A stretch of DNA of 64,000 bases from a virus, in the IMG/VR virus record IMGVR_UViG_3300018414_000007, positions 17,107 through 81,106 of that record, one strand, 5' to 3'. Positions 26,552 through 35,911 of the stretch are shown in pieces. The notes below the pieces were generated by a model. The model was not told the origin of the DNA. It was given only the letters and a program-made list of their open reading frames with translations, and ran no database searches. How positions within the stretch are numbered: position 1 is the stretch's first letter; each line of letters begins with the position of its first letter. The translations under genes were made by a program, and so were the position numbers.

Positions 26552-28142
26552 AATAATATTAATATTAGCATTTATAAATTATTTGCTATACTTCCTTAAT
26601 GGAAGAAAAAAGACTAATTTAGCTCTTTGTGGCTTAATTGGTTACTCTGGACAAGAGAACTATAATATAGACAAAATAAGGTTTCTAATGCTATGGAATA
26701 GTGTAGAAAGAGGTAAAGATGCTACAGGCATATATACCCCCTCAACAGGACTTATAAAAGATAATGAACCTGCTGGTAAGTTTCTATTTCAAAGTCATTT
26801 TAAAAAATTAGTTGATGATAATCAATTAATAGCTCATGTAAGAGCTAAAACAATTGGAGCAAATTTAGTTAAAAACGCTCATCCATTTGATGAAGAGAAT
26901 ATTGTATTAGCTCATAATGGTACTTTAGTTGACTATGTAGCGTTAGCATCCAAATATGATATGAAAGCTCTTAATTGGGATGTAGATTCTCAAGTATTAT
27001 CTTTTGGTATTAATAGAGCATTTAATGCTGAAACTACTTTAGATAACTTAAATATTGAAACTTTAAGTGAATATAAAGGTGCTGCTGCTTTACTATTTTA
27101 TAGTAAAAACTTAGATATGATATTTGTATTTAAGGATAAAGAGAGACCTTTATTTTATGGGTATGATCTTGATGGAGGAATGTATATGTCTTCTATTGAA
27201 GAGTCATTAAAAGCTGCAGGATTATTTGAAATTAAAGCGTTTACTGATAATACTTTGTATGCTATTGATCATGGTGAAATTGTAAAGACTTGGGTTTATA
27301 AAACCTATGCTGAACTTAATAAAACAGCTTATGTTGGTAAAGTTCGAGGGAGGGAACCAGGTCAGAGATTCCCAAAGTTAAAAAAAGGGGAAAGAGGAAT
27401 AGACATCACAAATGGAACCACTAAAGCATATTGGTTCTTAGATATGTGGCTATATTCTAATACCCAAACATGGAATCATCAAAGAGGAATCTATGGTAAG
27501 TTTGCTGAAATGAAAACTGGAAGGTTTTATTTAGTAACTGGATTCTATGCTGAAGATATAATGTTTGTTCAGGTAAAAGATGAGAATGGAAATGATGGAA
27601 TGGCAGCCTTAAGTTCATTTGATATAGATAGGTGTATTCCTCAACCTGAACAGTTATTTAGAATAACGGCTCCCCTTGTTGCTAAAAAGACAAAACAAAA
27701 ACTTTGGGAAAAAGGACAAATAGTTGAATTGATGAGTTATGATATAACAGAAGGATCAGTTTCTTTCTGGTCTGATTCAGAAAATGCAGAATACGAAATT
27801 CCTATGAAGTGTTGTAAACCATTAACACCTCAAGAAGTTATAGATTTCTGCTTAGAAACAGAAGATCCTAAAGATAAAGGAACTAAAGAACCATTACTTA
27901 TTCAACCCGCTCCTGAACCATCACCTTTTATAGAAAATACACCTGAGCCTGAACCTTTAGGAGATTTCATATCAACTCCAGTATTCTTGGGAGCTTTGGA
28001 ATTAATTGAAAGTGGATTAGGTAAATTAGAAGAAAAGTATGATGAAAATGGAGATTTAACCCCAGAAATTAATGCTATACGTATGGACATCACAAATTGC
28101 AAAGATAAGACATATCTTGACAACTTACTGGTACATAATTAA
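26538..28142 (+). CDS. Class II (Ntn) glutamine amidotransferase; catalytic Cys at 26628
   Basis: CGLIGYSG, RGKDATG, AHVRAKT, NAHPF, HNGTL and VDSQ motifs. Confidence 0.88.
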   Translation: MIMIKIILILAFINYLLYFLNGRKKTNLALCGLIGYSGQENYNIDKIRFLMLWNSVERGKDATGIYTPSTGLIKDNEPAGKFLFQSHFKKLVDDNQLIAHVRAKTIGANLVKNAHPFDEENIVLAHNGTLVDYVALASKYDMKALNWDVDSQVLSFGINRAFNAETTLDNLNIETLSEYKGAAALLFYSKNLDMIFVFKDKERPLFYGYDLDGGMYMSSIEESLKAAGLFEIKAFTDNTLYAIDHGEIVKTWVYKTYAELNKTAYVGKVRGREPGQRFPKLKKGERGIDITNGTTKAYWFLDMWLYSNTQTWNHQRGIYGKFAEMKTGRFYLVTGFYAEDIMFVQVKDENGNDGMAALSSFDIDRCIPQPEQLFRITAPLVAKKTKQKLWEKGQIVELMSYDITEGSVSFWSDSENAEYEIPMKCCKPLTPQEVIDFCLETEDPKDKGTKEPLLIQPAPEPSPFIENTPEPEPLGDFISTPVFLGALELIESGLGKLEEKYDENGDLTPEINAIRMDITNCKDKTYLDNLLVHN

Positions 28143-28152
28143 AGAATATATA

Positions 28153-29805
28153 ATGTTAGAAGAGATAAAAACAAAAGAAGAATTAAAAAACAAAAAAGAT
28201 TTTCTTTTAAAGAACCCATTTCATCCTAATAAGTTTATATACGCCGAAGAAGGAGAATCTCCTAAAGAGATTGTAATAATTAATGGAAGAGGATATGATG
28301 TAGATAAAAGTAATTTATCAGAAGATTTTTACCATCCTGGGTATTTCTTTTTGGCTGGAACAGGAGCAATGCTTGCGTTTGTTACTGCTACTAAAGCTAG
28401 AAGAGTGTTTGATCCAGAAAACCCTGAAACCTGGTGTCAAATAGTTTCTGAGTACAAACCTTCTAAAGAAAGGTATAAGAACGTTGAAACATCTGATTAT
28501 GAAACTTATAATGCTTCTCTTAAAAAGATTATTTCACAAGCTTATGGTGAATTAAAACCAGTATCTAATACAGAAGAGGAGTTATTAAACTTAAGTTTTG
28601 TAAAAGGAACTGTTAATCCTGATTTTTGGTTTCCTTTACAAGAAAAACAACATTTAGACAAGATGTTACCTTATAAAAAGTTTGAAAATATATATCACAA
28701 GGTTGATATAAATGATCTTGAGCATCAAATGAGATCTCAAGGATACCCAGAAGAAGAAATAAAGAAAAGAATAACAGAAGCTTTACAAAAGAATATTTTG
28801 TATGGTGTTGACTCTTTAACTTACACAGCTTTTGAAGGAATAAGATTTACATTTGGTGTTGAAATTGAGACTTGTATTGGAAGACTTGATGATGATCAAA
28901 TTAAATTTTTAAATGTTAAAGCAGTTCATGATGGTTCTCTAAGAGATAAAAATGGTAATACTCCTGGTGGAGAATATGTTACTGGTGTATTAACTGGAGA
29001 TGCTGGATTGACTCAATTAAGTGACTTATGTAGAGCTTTGTCTTCTAAATGTAGAGTAAATGCTCAGTGTGGAGTTCACGTTCATGCAGGAAGTTTAAAT
29101 TGGAATAGAGAAGATATTGTTTATTCTTATATTTTAGCAGAAATGTTAGAAGATGAGTTATTTATGATGCTTCCTAAATCAAGAAGAAGTAATACTTACT
29201 GTAGAAGATTAACTGAACTTACTTTAGATAAAGTTCCTTTGTTAAAAACAGCAGTTAGATCTGAATATAATATTCTTATAGATACAATCTATAATGATAT
29301 TTTGAAAGAAGTAACTCAAGTTAAAAATAAAGGTAAAATATATTCTGGAGTAGAAGAAGGAGTAGAAGAACCAATAATTGCTAGTGGGATTTATAACAGA
29401 GAAAAGCAACATCCAAATGGAGCTAAATGTGGTTATGATAAATCTGCACAAAGATATTGTTGGTTAAACTATGTTACTCTTATGTATAATACTAAAGGGG
29501 GTAAAAATAGTAACACTTTAGAGATTAGAAGTCATAGTGCTACAATGAATTTCAAAAAGATAAAGAATTGGATTAAGATTTTCTTTGCTTTTTGTAAGTA
29601 TGTAGAAACTAGTAAATCTAAGATTAGAAAAGGAAATGTAACTCTTGCTCATGTAATTAAAAAGGCATATCCTAAAACTGGAGATAAACTTCTTAAGTAT
29701 ATTGAAGAAAGAAAACAAGTGTTTAATTCTCATGATGAGTCTGTAGATTATGTAGAAATCTCAGAAGAAAGAAAGACTATAAAGGAGATAGTAGCAGCAG
29801 AATAA
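28153..29805 (+). CDS. Putative amidoligase (Amidoligase_2-type)
   Basis: TFGVEIET, HDGSL, GGEYVT, CGVHVH, RYCWLN and TLEIRSHSAT motifs; likely start MLEEIK at 28153. Confidence 0.88.
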   Translation: MLEEIKTKEELKNKKDFLLKNPFHPNKFIYAEEGESPKEIVIINGRGYDVDKSNLSEDFYHPGYFFLAGTGAMLAFVTATKARRVFDPENPETWCQIVSEYKPSKERYKNVETSDYETYNASLKKIISQAYGELKPVSNTEEELLNLSFVKGTVNPDFWFPLQEKQHLDKMLPYKKFENIYHKVDINDLEHQMRSQGYPEEEIKKRITEALQKNILYGVDSLTYTAFEGIRFTFGVEIETCIGRLDDDQIKFLNVKAVHDGSLRDKNGNTPGGEYVTGVLTGDAGLTQLSDLCRALSSKCRVNAQCGVHVHAGSLNWNREDIVYSYILAEMLEDELFMMLPKSRRSNTYCRRLTELTLDKVPLLKTAVRSEYNILIDTIYNDILKEVTQVKNKGKIYSGVEEGVEEPIIASGIYNREKQHPNGAKCGYDKSAQRYCWLNYVTLMYNTKGGKNSNTLEIRSHSATMNFKKIKNWIKIFFAFCKYVETSKSKIRKGNVTLAHVIKKAYPKTGDKLLKYIEERKQVFNSHDESVDYVEISEERKTIKEIVAAE

Positions 29806-31397
29806 TGTGTTTATTAATCGCAGTAAAGTCAGGAGTAGATAAGTCTAGTGACATCCTCTTTGACGCTATAAGAACAGGAGCTACTACTAATACAGATGGA
29901 ATTGGGTATGCATTTAAAAAAAGCAAACAAAATAAAATTTGGATTAGTAAAGGTTTTCAAGATGTAGATAAATTCATTACAACTCTACAAAAGAAGCACT
30001 TAAAACCAGAAGATGAACTTATTGTTCATTTAAGAATTGGTAATAAGGGTGCTAAAACTGTTGAAATGAATCATCCATTTGTTATATCTGATGATGCTGA
30101 TACAATTTTATCTAATGATGAATATGTACAGCTTCCAGTACTTGCACATAATGGTACTTTTCATAGTTACTCCATAACTAATAGTCAACTATCAGATACA
30201 TTCTATTTTACTAAAGACTTTATGTCTATTCCAGAAATACAAAGTCTTCTGAAAAGAGATACAGATACTTTTAAAAGAATCTTTACTTCTACACTGGGAA
30301 TTAATAGACTAGCTCTATTATTCCCAGATAATACTCCACTAATAACACTTGGTAACTTTATTGAATCAGAAGGATATTTATTTTCTAATGAATCATATAA
30401 GAAAAAGGTGTATAATGTTGGAGGATATGAAAGTTGGGATGATGAAAGGTATGCTACTAGTCGTGGTGGTGGACAAAATATATCTGATGGATGTTGGCAA
30501 AATGGAGTGTACCACAGTGGAAGTAAATACCCAGTAACACATTCTAGTATTCCAATTAATACTCCACATAAAGATACTAAATGGTTAGATAGAGATGATG
30601 AAGATGAAGATGTTGTTATTGCTAATAAGAAGTTTTGTAAAGTAGGAGAAAGAAAAAGAGATGTTAGGGGCTTTTTACAAGCTGATCCTAAGTTTGATAT
30701 TATTCCTCCAACAACTCCATTTTGGTGTATATTTAACAAAGCTACTAAACAATGGTATGATTCAACTGAAGGAAATATAGCTTATGTACCTCGTGCATAT
30801 CCTGTTAATCAGTTTGATAGAACATTCTTTACTCCAACAGTATTTAACTATACTCATTTCACCTATTATAGTCCAATAGGAGATTCAATAAAAGGGATAA
30901 ATCCTACAAAAAGATATCGTATTTATAACTTTGATTCTAGAGATCCTAGAGGAGCTACTTCAAAAGGTGTACATTTAGTTAATGAAATAAATTCTTATAA
31001 AAATGGTGAACCTCTTTATGGTACAACTGTTAGATCTTTGTGGTTAACTACTGAATCTTTAGTAGAACTATTTATACCTCAGTTAGAATCACCAAAACTA
31101 ACATTAGCTTATAGAACTCTCTATAGACTTATGCATAGATTTAGCACCCCTTCTAAGAATTTAATGAATGCTACTGAGAAAGCTATCAGAGGAGCTGAAA
31201 AGAATGGAAAAGAATCTAATATTAACTTTAAGAATCAACAAGGATTAGAGTTATTAGGATTGAAGTTATTCTATAATTATTTATTAATAGACCTTCTTCC
31301 TTTTGATCAAGCTAGATTGAAATTTCTTGAAGTTCAAGATTTAACTCCAGACAATACAGTTTCTTATAAAGAAGCTTTAGAAGCATTAAATAATTAA
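29805..31397 (+). CDS. Second class II (Ntn) glutamine amidotransferase
   Basis: N-terminal MCLLIA, NTDGIG, HLRIG, HPF, HNGT and SDT motifs. Confidence 0.88.
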   Translation: MCLLIAVKSGVDKSSDILFDAIRTGATTNTDGIGYAFKKSKQNKIWISKGFQDVDKFITTLQKKHLKPEDELIVHLRIGNKGAKTVEMNHPFVISDDADTILSNDEYVQLPVLAHNGTFHSYSITNSQLSDTFYFTKDFMSIPEIQSLLKRDTDTFKRIFTSTLGINRLALLFPDNTPLITLGNFIESEGYLFSNESYKKKVYNVGGYESWDDERYATSRGGGQNISDGCWQNGVYHSGSKYPVTHSSIPINTPHKDTKWLDRDDEDEDVVIANKKFCKVGERKRDVRGFLQADPKFDIIPPTTPFWCIFNKATKQWYDSTEGNIAYVPRAYPVNQFDRTFFTPTVFNYTHFTYYSPIGDSIKGINPTKRYRIYNFDSRDPRGATSKGVHLVNEINSYKNGEPLYGTTVRSLWLTTESLVELFIPQLESPKLTLAYRTLYRLMHRFSTPSKNLMNATEKAIRGAEKNGKESNINFKNQQGLELLGLKLFYNYLLIDLLPFDQARLKFLEVQDLTPDNTVSYKEALEALNN

Positions 31398-31403
31398 AAT
31401 AAA

Positions 31404-31435
31404 CTTGTAAATTAAAATAAAAAACATTAAATTTG
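31404..31435 (+). promoter_or_regulatory. Bacteroidota-type promoter
   Basis: CTTG-N20-TAAATTTG immediately before ATG 31437. Confidence 0.55.
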
Positions 31436-31436
31436 T

Positions 31437-31697
31437 ATGGAAAATTTAGCATCAATCCTTATTGGTATAGCATTAATTGCAGCAGGAATACTGTCTTATT
31501 GGTTATTTAAACCAAAAGATAAGAAGTCTATAGATAGTAATACACCTATTGAAGTAGATGAAAAGAAAGCTGAAGTAACTGAAGCAATTGTGACAAAACC
31601 AAAGAGAGTGTATAAGAAAAAAGTAGCAAAAGAAGAGGAGATTAGTGGAGAAGGAGAAAGTTTACCAAGTACAACAGAAGGAGGACAGCAATCTTAG
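31437..31697 (+). CDS. Small membrane-anchored protein
   Basis: N-terminal transmembrane helix and a charged tail. Confidence 0.6.
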   Translation: MENLASILIGIALIAAGILSYWLFKPKDKKSIDSNTPIEVDEKKAEVTEAIVTKPKRVYKKKVAKEEEISGEGESLPSTTEGGQQS

Positions 31698-33540
31698 TAA
31701 TAAGATTCTATCTGATATTGTAGTATTTAACAAATATGCAAAGTATATTCCAGAACTTAATAGAAGAGAGTCTTGGGAAGAGATAGTAACTAGATATGTA
31801 AATATGCTTACAGATAAATATCCACTCTTAACAGAGGAGATATTAGTCAAAAGTAAATTTATATTTGAAAAGAAGGTATTACCTTCTATGAGAGCATTAC
31901 AATTCGCTGGTATTCCTATTGAAAGGAATCCTAGTAGAGTATATAATTGTGCTTACTTACCAGTTGATGATTACAGAGCTTTTAGTGAAGCTATGTTTTT
32001 ATTATTAGGTGGTACAGGAGTAGGATATAGTGTACAATTTGCTCATATAGAAAAATTACCAGAGATAGTTAAACCAACTAAAACTAAACGTTACTTAGTT
32101 AGTGATAGTATAGAAGGTTGGGCAGATTCCATTAAAGCTCTTATAAAGAGTTATCTGGGATATACTAATGCAAAGCCAAGATTTGATCTTTCTGATATTA
32201 GAAAGAAAGGAGCTAGGTTAATAACTGCTGGAGGTAAAGCTCCAGGTCCAGAACCACTAAAGACTTGTTTGTTTCAAATTGAAACATTACTAGAAAGGAA
32301 AGAAAATGGGAGTAAACTAACAGATGTAGAATGTCATGATATTATGTGTTATATTGCAAATGCAGTATTAGCAGGTGGTATTAGAAGAGCTGCAATGATT
32401 AGTTTATTCTCATTTGATTCCGAAGCTATGCTTACTAGTAAAACAGGTAATTGGTGGGAATTAAATGAACAAAGAGGTAGAGCAAATAACTCTGCTGTAA
32501 TTGTTAGAAATAGAATAAACAAAGAAGATTGGGATAGAGTTTGGAAGATAATTGAAAATAGTAATTCAGGAGAACCTGGAGTCTATTTTACAAATGATGC
32601 TAATTGGGGTACTAACCCTTGTTGTGAAATAGCATTAAGACCATTTCAATTTTGTAATCTTACTGAAGTAAATGTATCTGATGTTGAATCTCAAGAAGAT
32701 TTAAATGAGAGAGTAACAATAGCTGCATTCTTTGGTACACTTCAAGCAGGATTTACAGATTTCCATTATCTAAGAGATATATGGAGAAAAACAACTGAAA
32801 AAGAAGCTCTGATTGGAGTAGGTATGACTGGAATAGGTTCTGGTCAAGTATTAAAATATGATTTAAAAAGTGCTAGTAAAGAAGTTAAAAAAGAAAATGC
32901 AAGAGTATCTGATATTATATCTATCAACTCTGCAGCTAGGTGTACAACAATTAAACCTTCTGGGACTAGTAGTTGTGTACTTGGTACTTCTAGTGGAATT
33001 CATGCATGGCATGATACTTATTATCTCAGATCTATTAGAGTTGGTAAAAACGAGTCTTTATATACTTATTTAAGTATATATCATCCAGAACTAATAGAAG
33101 ATGACTTTTTTAAACCAGAGACACAAGCAGTAATAAGAATTCCACAGAAAGCTCCTAAAGGTTCTATATTAAGAACTGAAAGTGCTTTAGACCTATTAAA
33201 TAGAGTAAAGAAATTTAATCTTGAGTGGGTTAAATCTGGTCATAATAAAGGTAGTAATACTAATAATGTATCAGCTACAATATCAATTAAACCTGAAGAA
33301 TGGGTAGAAGTTGGTGAATGGATGTGGAATAATAAAGAGACATTTAATGGATTAAGTGTATTACCATATGATAATGGTAGTTATATCCAGGCACCCTTTG
33401 AAGTAATAACTGAAGAGGAATACAATAAGAAATTTGAAACACTAAAAAATATAGATTTAACAAAAGTAATAGAACTAGATGATAGTACACAGCATTCTCA
33501 AGAAGCTTCTTGTGCAGGAGGACTATGTGAAGTTACTTAA
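31645..33540 (+). CDS. nrdJ: Class II (B12-dependent) ribonucleotide reductase
   Basis: YNCAY, LLGGTGVGYSV, GGIRRAA, GTNPCCEI, FCNLTE, TIKPSGT and C-terminal CAGGLCE. No small subunit present. Confidence 0.93.
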   Translation: MEKEKVYQVQQKEDSNLSNKILSDIVVFNKYAKYIPELNRRESWEEIVTRYVNMLTDKYPLLTEEILVKSKFIFEKKVLPSMRALQFAGIPIERNPSRVYNCAYLPVDDYRAFSEAMFLLLGGTGVGYSVQFAHIEKLPEIVKPTKTKRYLVSDSIEGWADSIKALIKSYLGYTNAKPRFDLSDIRKKGARLITAGGKAPGPEPLKTCLFQIETLLERKENGSKLTDVECHDIMCYIANAVLAGGIRRAAMISLFSFDSEAMLTSKTGNWWELNEQRGRANNSAVIVRNRINKEDWDRVWKIIENSNSGEPGVYFTNDANWGTNPCCEIALRPFQFCNLTEVNVSDVESQEDLNERVTIAAFFGTLQAGFTDFHYLRDIWRKTTEKEALIGVGMTGIGSGQVLKYDLKSASKEVKKENARVSDIISINSAARCTTIKPSGTSSCVLGTSSGIHAWHDTYYLRSIRVGKNESLYTYLSIYHPELIEDDFFKPETQAVIRIPQKAPKGSILRTESALDLLNRVKKFNLEWVKSGHNKGSNTNNVSATISIKPEEWVEVGEWMWNNKETFNGLSVLPYDNGSYIQAPFEVITEEEYNKKFETLKNIDLTKVIELDDSTQHSQEASCAGGLCEVT

Positions 33541-33551
33541 TACATAAAATT

Positions 33552-34103
33552 ATGAATTCAAGTCCAAGACTGAAATTTAGTTCTTTCATGAGAAGAACAC
33601 CAAAAGTAACAACAGTTACAACTCCTACAGTAACTACAGAAAGAAGGAGAAGATCAGCATTAATGGAAGAAACTCCTGCACAACAAATAGTTGAGAAAAA
33701 GGAAGAACCAAAACCAGTTAAAAAGGTTAAATTAGAAGTTACAGTAAAAGAGACTTCTTATGACATTTATGAATGTGGTACAAAATCATTGGGTAGATTA
33801 TGTAGTGTTTATCCCAGTCCTACAAACAATTGTCAAATTCAATCAATTTCTGGTATAGATTATGTTTTAGCTAATTTAAATACAGAAGATACTATTACAT
33901 TTCTTCATGAAGTTTATGAGAATACAGCTATGAAAACATTATTTCTAGTAGATGTATCTTCTCCTTATTTAAAAAGGATAGAAGCTATATTTGAACCTAG
34001 TGAAATGTTAGTTAAAGCTCCTTATATTAATAATACAGGGAGTAGTATGTGTTTATACCTTCTTCAAATAAAACAAATGTTGGAAAGAAGAGATTTAATA
34101 TGA
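33552..34103 (+). CDS. Hypothetical protein
   Basis: 183-aa ORF. Confidence 0.65.
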   Translation: MNSSPRLKFSSFMRRTPKVTTVTTPTVTTERRRRSALMEETPAQQIVEKKEEPKPVKKVKLEVTVKETSYDIYECGTKSLGRLCSVYPSPTNNCQIQSISGIDYVLANLNTEDTITFLHEVYENTAMKTLFLVDVSSPYLKRIEAIFEPSEMLVKAPYINNTGSSMCLYLLQIKQMLERRDLI

Positions 34104-34312
34104 TTGATAAGAGAACGTTTAATAGACTTAAAAATTATTATTTTTCATTATATGAGATAGAACAAGAGCTAAGTGAAGCTCAATATCCCCAAAAATCTAC
34201 TATTAATGTAGATGAATATGACTTTTTAGAGTCTTTAAAGAGTAGACAAACTGATCAAATTGATAAAATAAAACAATTACTAGATGAATATAAAAATTCA
34301 GAAAGCACATGA
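34100..34312 (+). CDS. Hypothetical protein (likely start MIDKRTF)
   Basis: ATGA overlap with the upstream stop. Confidence 0.55.
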   Translation: MIDKRTFNRLKNYYFSLYEIEQELSEAQYPQKSTINVDEYDFLESLKSRQTDQIDKIKQLLDEYKNSEST

Positions 34313-34712
34313 GGATGCAATCATCCCAAAATATCAAACTAAAGGAGCTGCAGGATTTGATTTTCATGCAATAGAGGATTTTACTCTATTAGAAGGACAA
34401 ACAAGTCTTATTAAAACAGGATTAGTTTTTGAAGTTCCAGAAGGTTATGAATTACAGATTAGATCAAGGAGTGGTCTAGCTTTAAAGCACGGTGTATTTG
34501 TATTAAATGGTCCGGGTACTATAGACTCTGATTACAGAGGAGAAGTAGGTATTATTTTAACAAATGCAGGTAAGAATTTTACAATTAAAAAAGGAGACAG
34601 AATTGCACAAGGAGTAATTAACGCAATTATACAAGCAGAGTTTGAAGAGGCTTTAGAAGTTTCAGAAACTGGTAGAGGTAAAGGTGGTTTTGGTAGCACA
34701 AAATTAAAATAA
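34284..34712 (+). CDS. dut: Trimeric dUTPase
   Basis: AAGFD, RSRSGLA, GTIDSDYRGE, RIAQ and RGKGGFGST: the five dUTPase motifs. Confidence 0.96.
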   Translation: MNIKIQKAHEDAIIPKYQTKGAAGFDFHAIEDFTLLEGQTSLIKTGLVFEVPEGYELQIRSRSGLALKHGVFVLNGPGTIDSDYRGEVGIILTNAGKNFTIKKGDRIAQGVINAIIQAEFEEALEVSETGRGKGGFGSTKLK

Positions 34713-34714
34713 TT

Positions 34715-34966
34715 ATGAATAATGTAATTGAAGTATCAAAGAAAAGAACTCCTTTAGATGAGGTAGAACTCTGGCTAGGAGTTGCTAAAGCTAGATTTGC
34801 TTATGAAATTAAAGATATGACTAGTTTACAATTATCAAACTTTCTGAATAGACAGTTTAGTATCAATTGTAGAGAAAGTGATATCTTTCTTTTATATGAA
34901 CCTACCGTTGATGAAATGGAAATAGATCTAGTAGCTCAGTTTAGTGCAATGGGTCTTTATTATTAG
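34715..34966 (+). CDS. Hypothetical protein
   Basis: 83-aa ORF. Confidence 0.6.
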   Translation: MNNVIEVSKKRTPLDEVELWLGVAKARFAYEIKDMTSLQLSNFLNRQFSINCRESDIFLLYEPTVDEMEIDLVAQFSAMGLYY

Positions 34967-34974
34967 AATGTAGA

Positions 34975-35211
34975 ATGATTACAAACAAAACAAAATGTAA
35001 AACTTGTAATGGAACAGGTAGAGTTATAGACACTATTATTCCAGGACGAGTAGATGAATTAAAATTATGTCCAGTATGTGAAGGATTAGGAGTTCCTTTA
35101 AGAACTATTGTAGAAGATCAATTTGATGAATCTGCAGAGATTGAAGGAACACTCTTACATAATGATGATGTTGGATATATAGATTTTGAAGAAGAGGATT
35201 ACGAGTTTTAA
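34975..35211 (+). CDS. DnaJ-type Zn-finger protein
   Basis: CKTCNGTG and CPVCEGLG repeats. Confidence 0.7.
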   Translation: MITNKTKCKTCNGTGRVIDTIIPGRVDELKLCPVCEGLGVPLRTIVEDQFDESAEIEGTLLHNDDVGYIDFEEEDYEF

Positions 35212-35219
35212 AAAAATAA

Positions 35220-35903
35220 ATGAAATTTGAGATAGATATAGAGAGATTAATAGATGAAGGAGTAAAACTCCATCAATTCTTTTTATGTCAATTAGTATAT
35301 CAACAAGACAGTAAAATATTAAACTATTACTTAGAACAATTTGGTACTTTTTTAGATAAAAATGATTTTGAATTTTTAGTAAGTAATGAATATTTAGGTT
35401 TACATAATCCACAAAAAGGATATGTATTCAGTAATCTATTTATTACTAAGAAATTTATAAATAAGTTTATTGAAAAAGAAGTTAAATCAAAATTGGAACA
35501 AGAATCAGTTGAAGATTGGATTGATTTGTGGTATAATTTATTTCCTAAAGGAGTAAAATCAGGAGGTTATCTTGTCAGAAGTGATAAGAATGGCTGTCTT
35601 AATAAGATGAAGAAATTCTGTAAGAAGAATCCTGATTTTACTAAGGAGATAATCTTAAAAGCTACTAGTGATTATATAGATTATTATAGAATGAGGAATT
35701 GGAGTTATATGACTTCAGCTCATTATCTAATATATAAGAATGATATATCACTATTAGCAGGTCAATGTGAGATGATACTAGACAAAATAAATTCTGGTAA
35801 AGAAGTAAATCTAAAAATAGAACAATATAAAATTGATTCTAAAGATAAAGATTATTTCTCAGAAACAGATATATTTGGTAGTAACATGATGGATAGATTG
35901 TAG
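35220..35903 (+). CDS. Replication-module protein upstream of the helicase
   Basis: 227 aa with WYNLFP...KMKKF...ILKAT; position suggests an initiator or loader. Confidence 0.6.
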   Translation: MKFEIDIERLIDEGVKLHQFFLCQLVYQQDSKILNYYLEQFGTFLDKNDFEFLVSNEYLGLHNPQKGYVFSNLFITKKFINKFIEKEVKSKLEQESVEDWIDLWYNLFPKGVKSGGYLVRSDKNGCLNKMKKFCKKNPDFTKEIILKATSDYIDYYRMRNWSYMTSAHYLIYKNDISLLAGQCEMILDKINSGKEVNLKIEQYKIDSKDKDYFSETDIFGSNMMDRL

Positions 35904-35911
35904 GGAGGAAA

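Noticed and set aside
25983-26627. Canonical group I or II intron around the HNH gene
   Set aside because: Only about 40 and 75 nt flank the ORF, and I found no P7 or domain V consensus.
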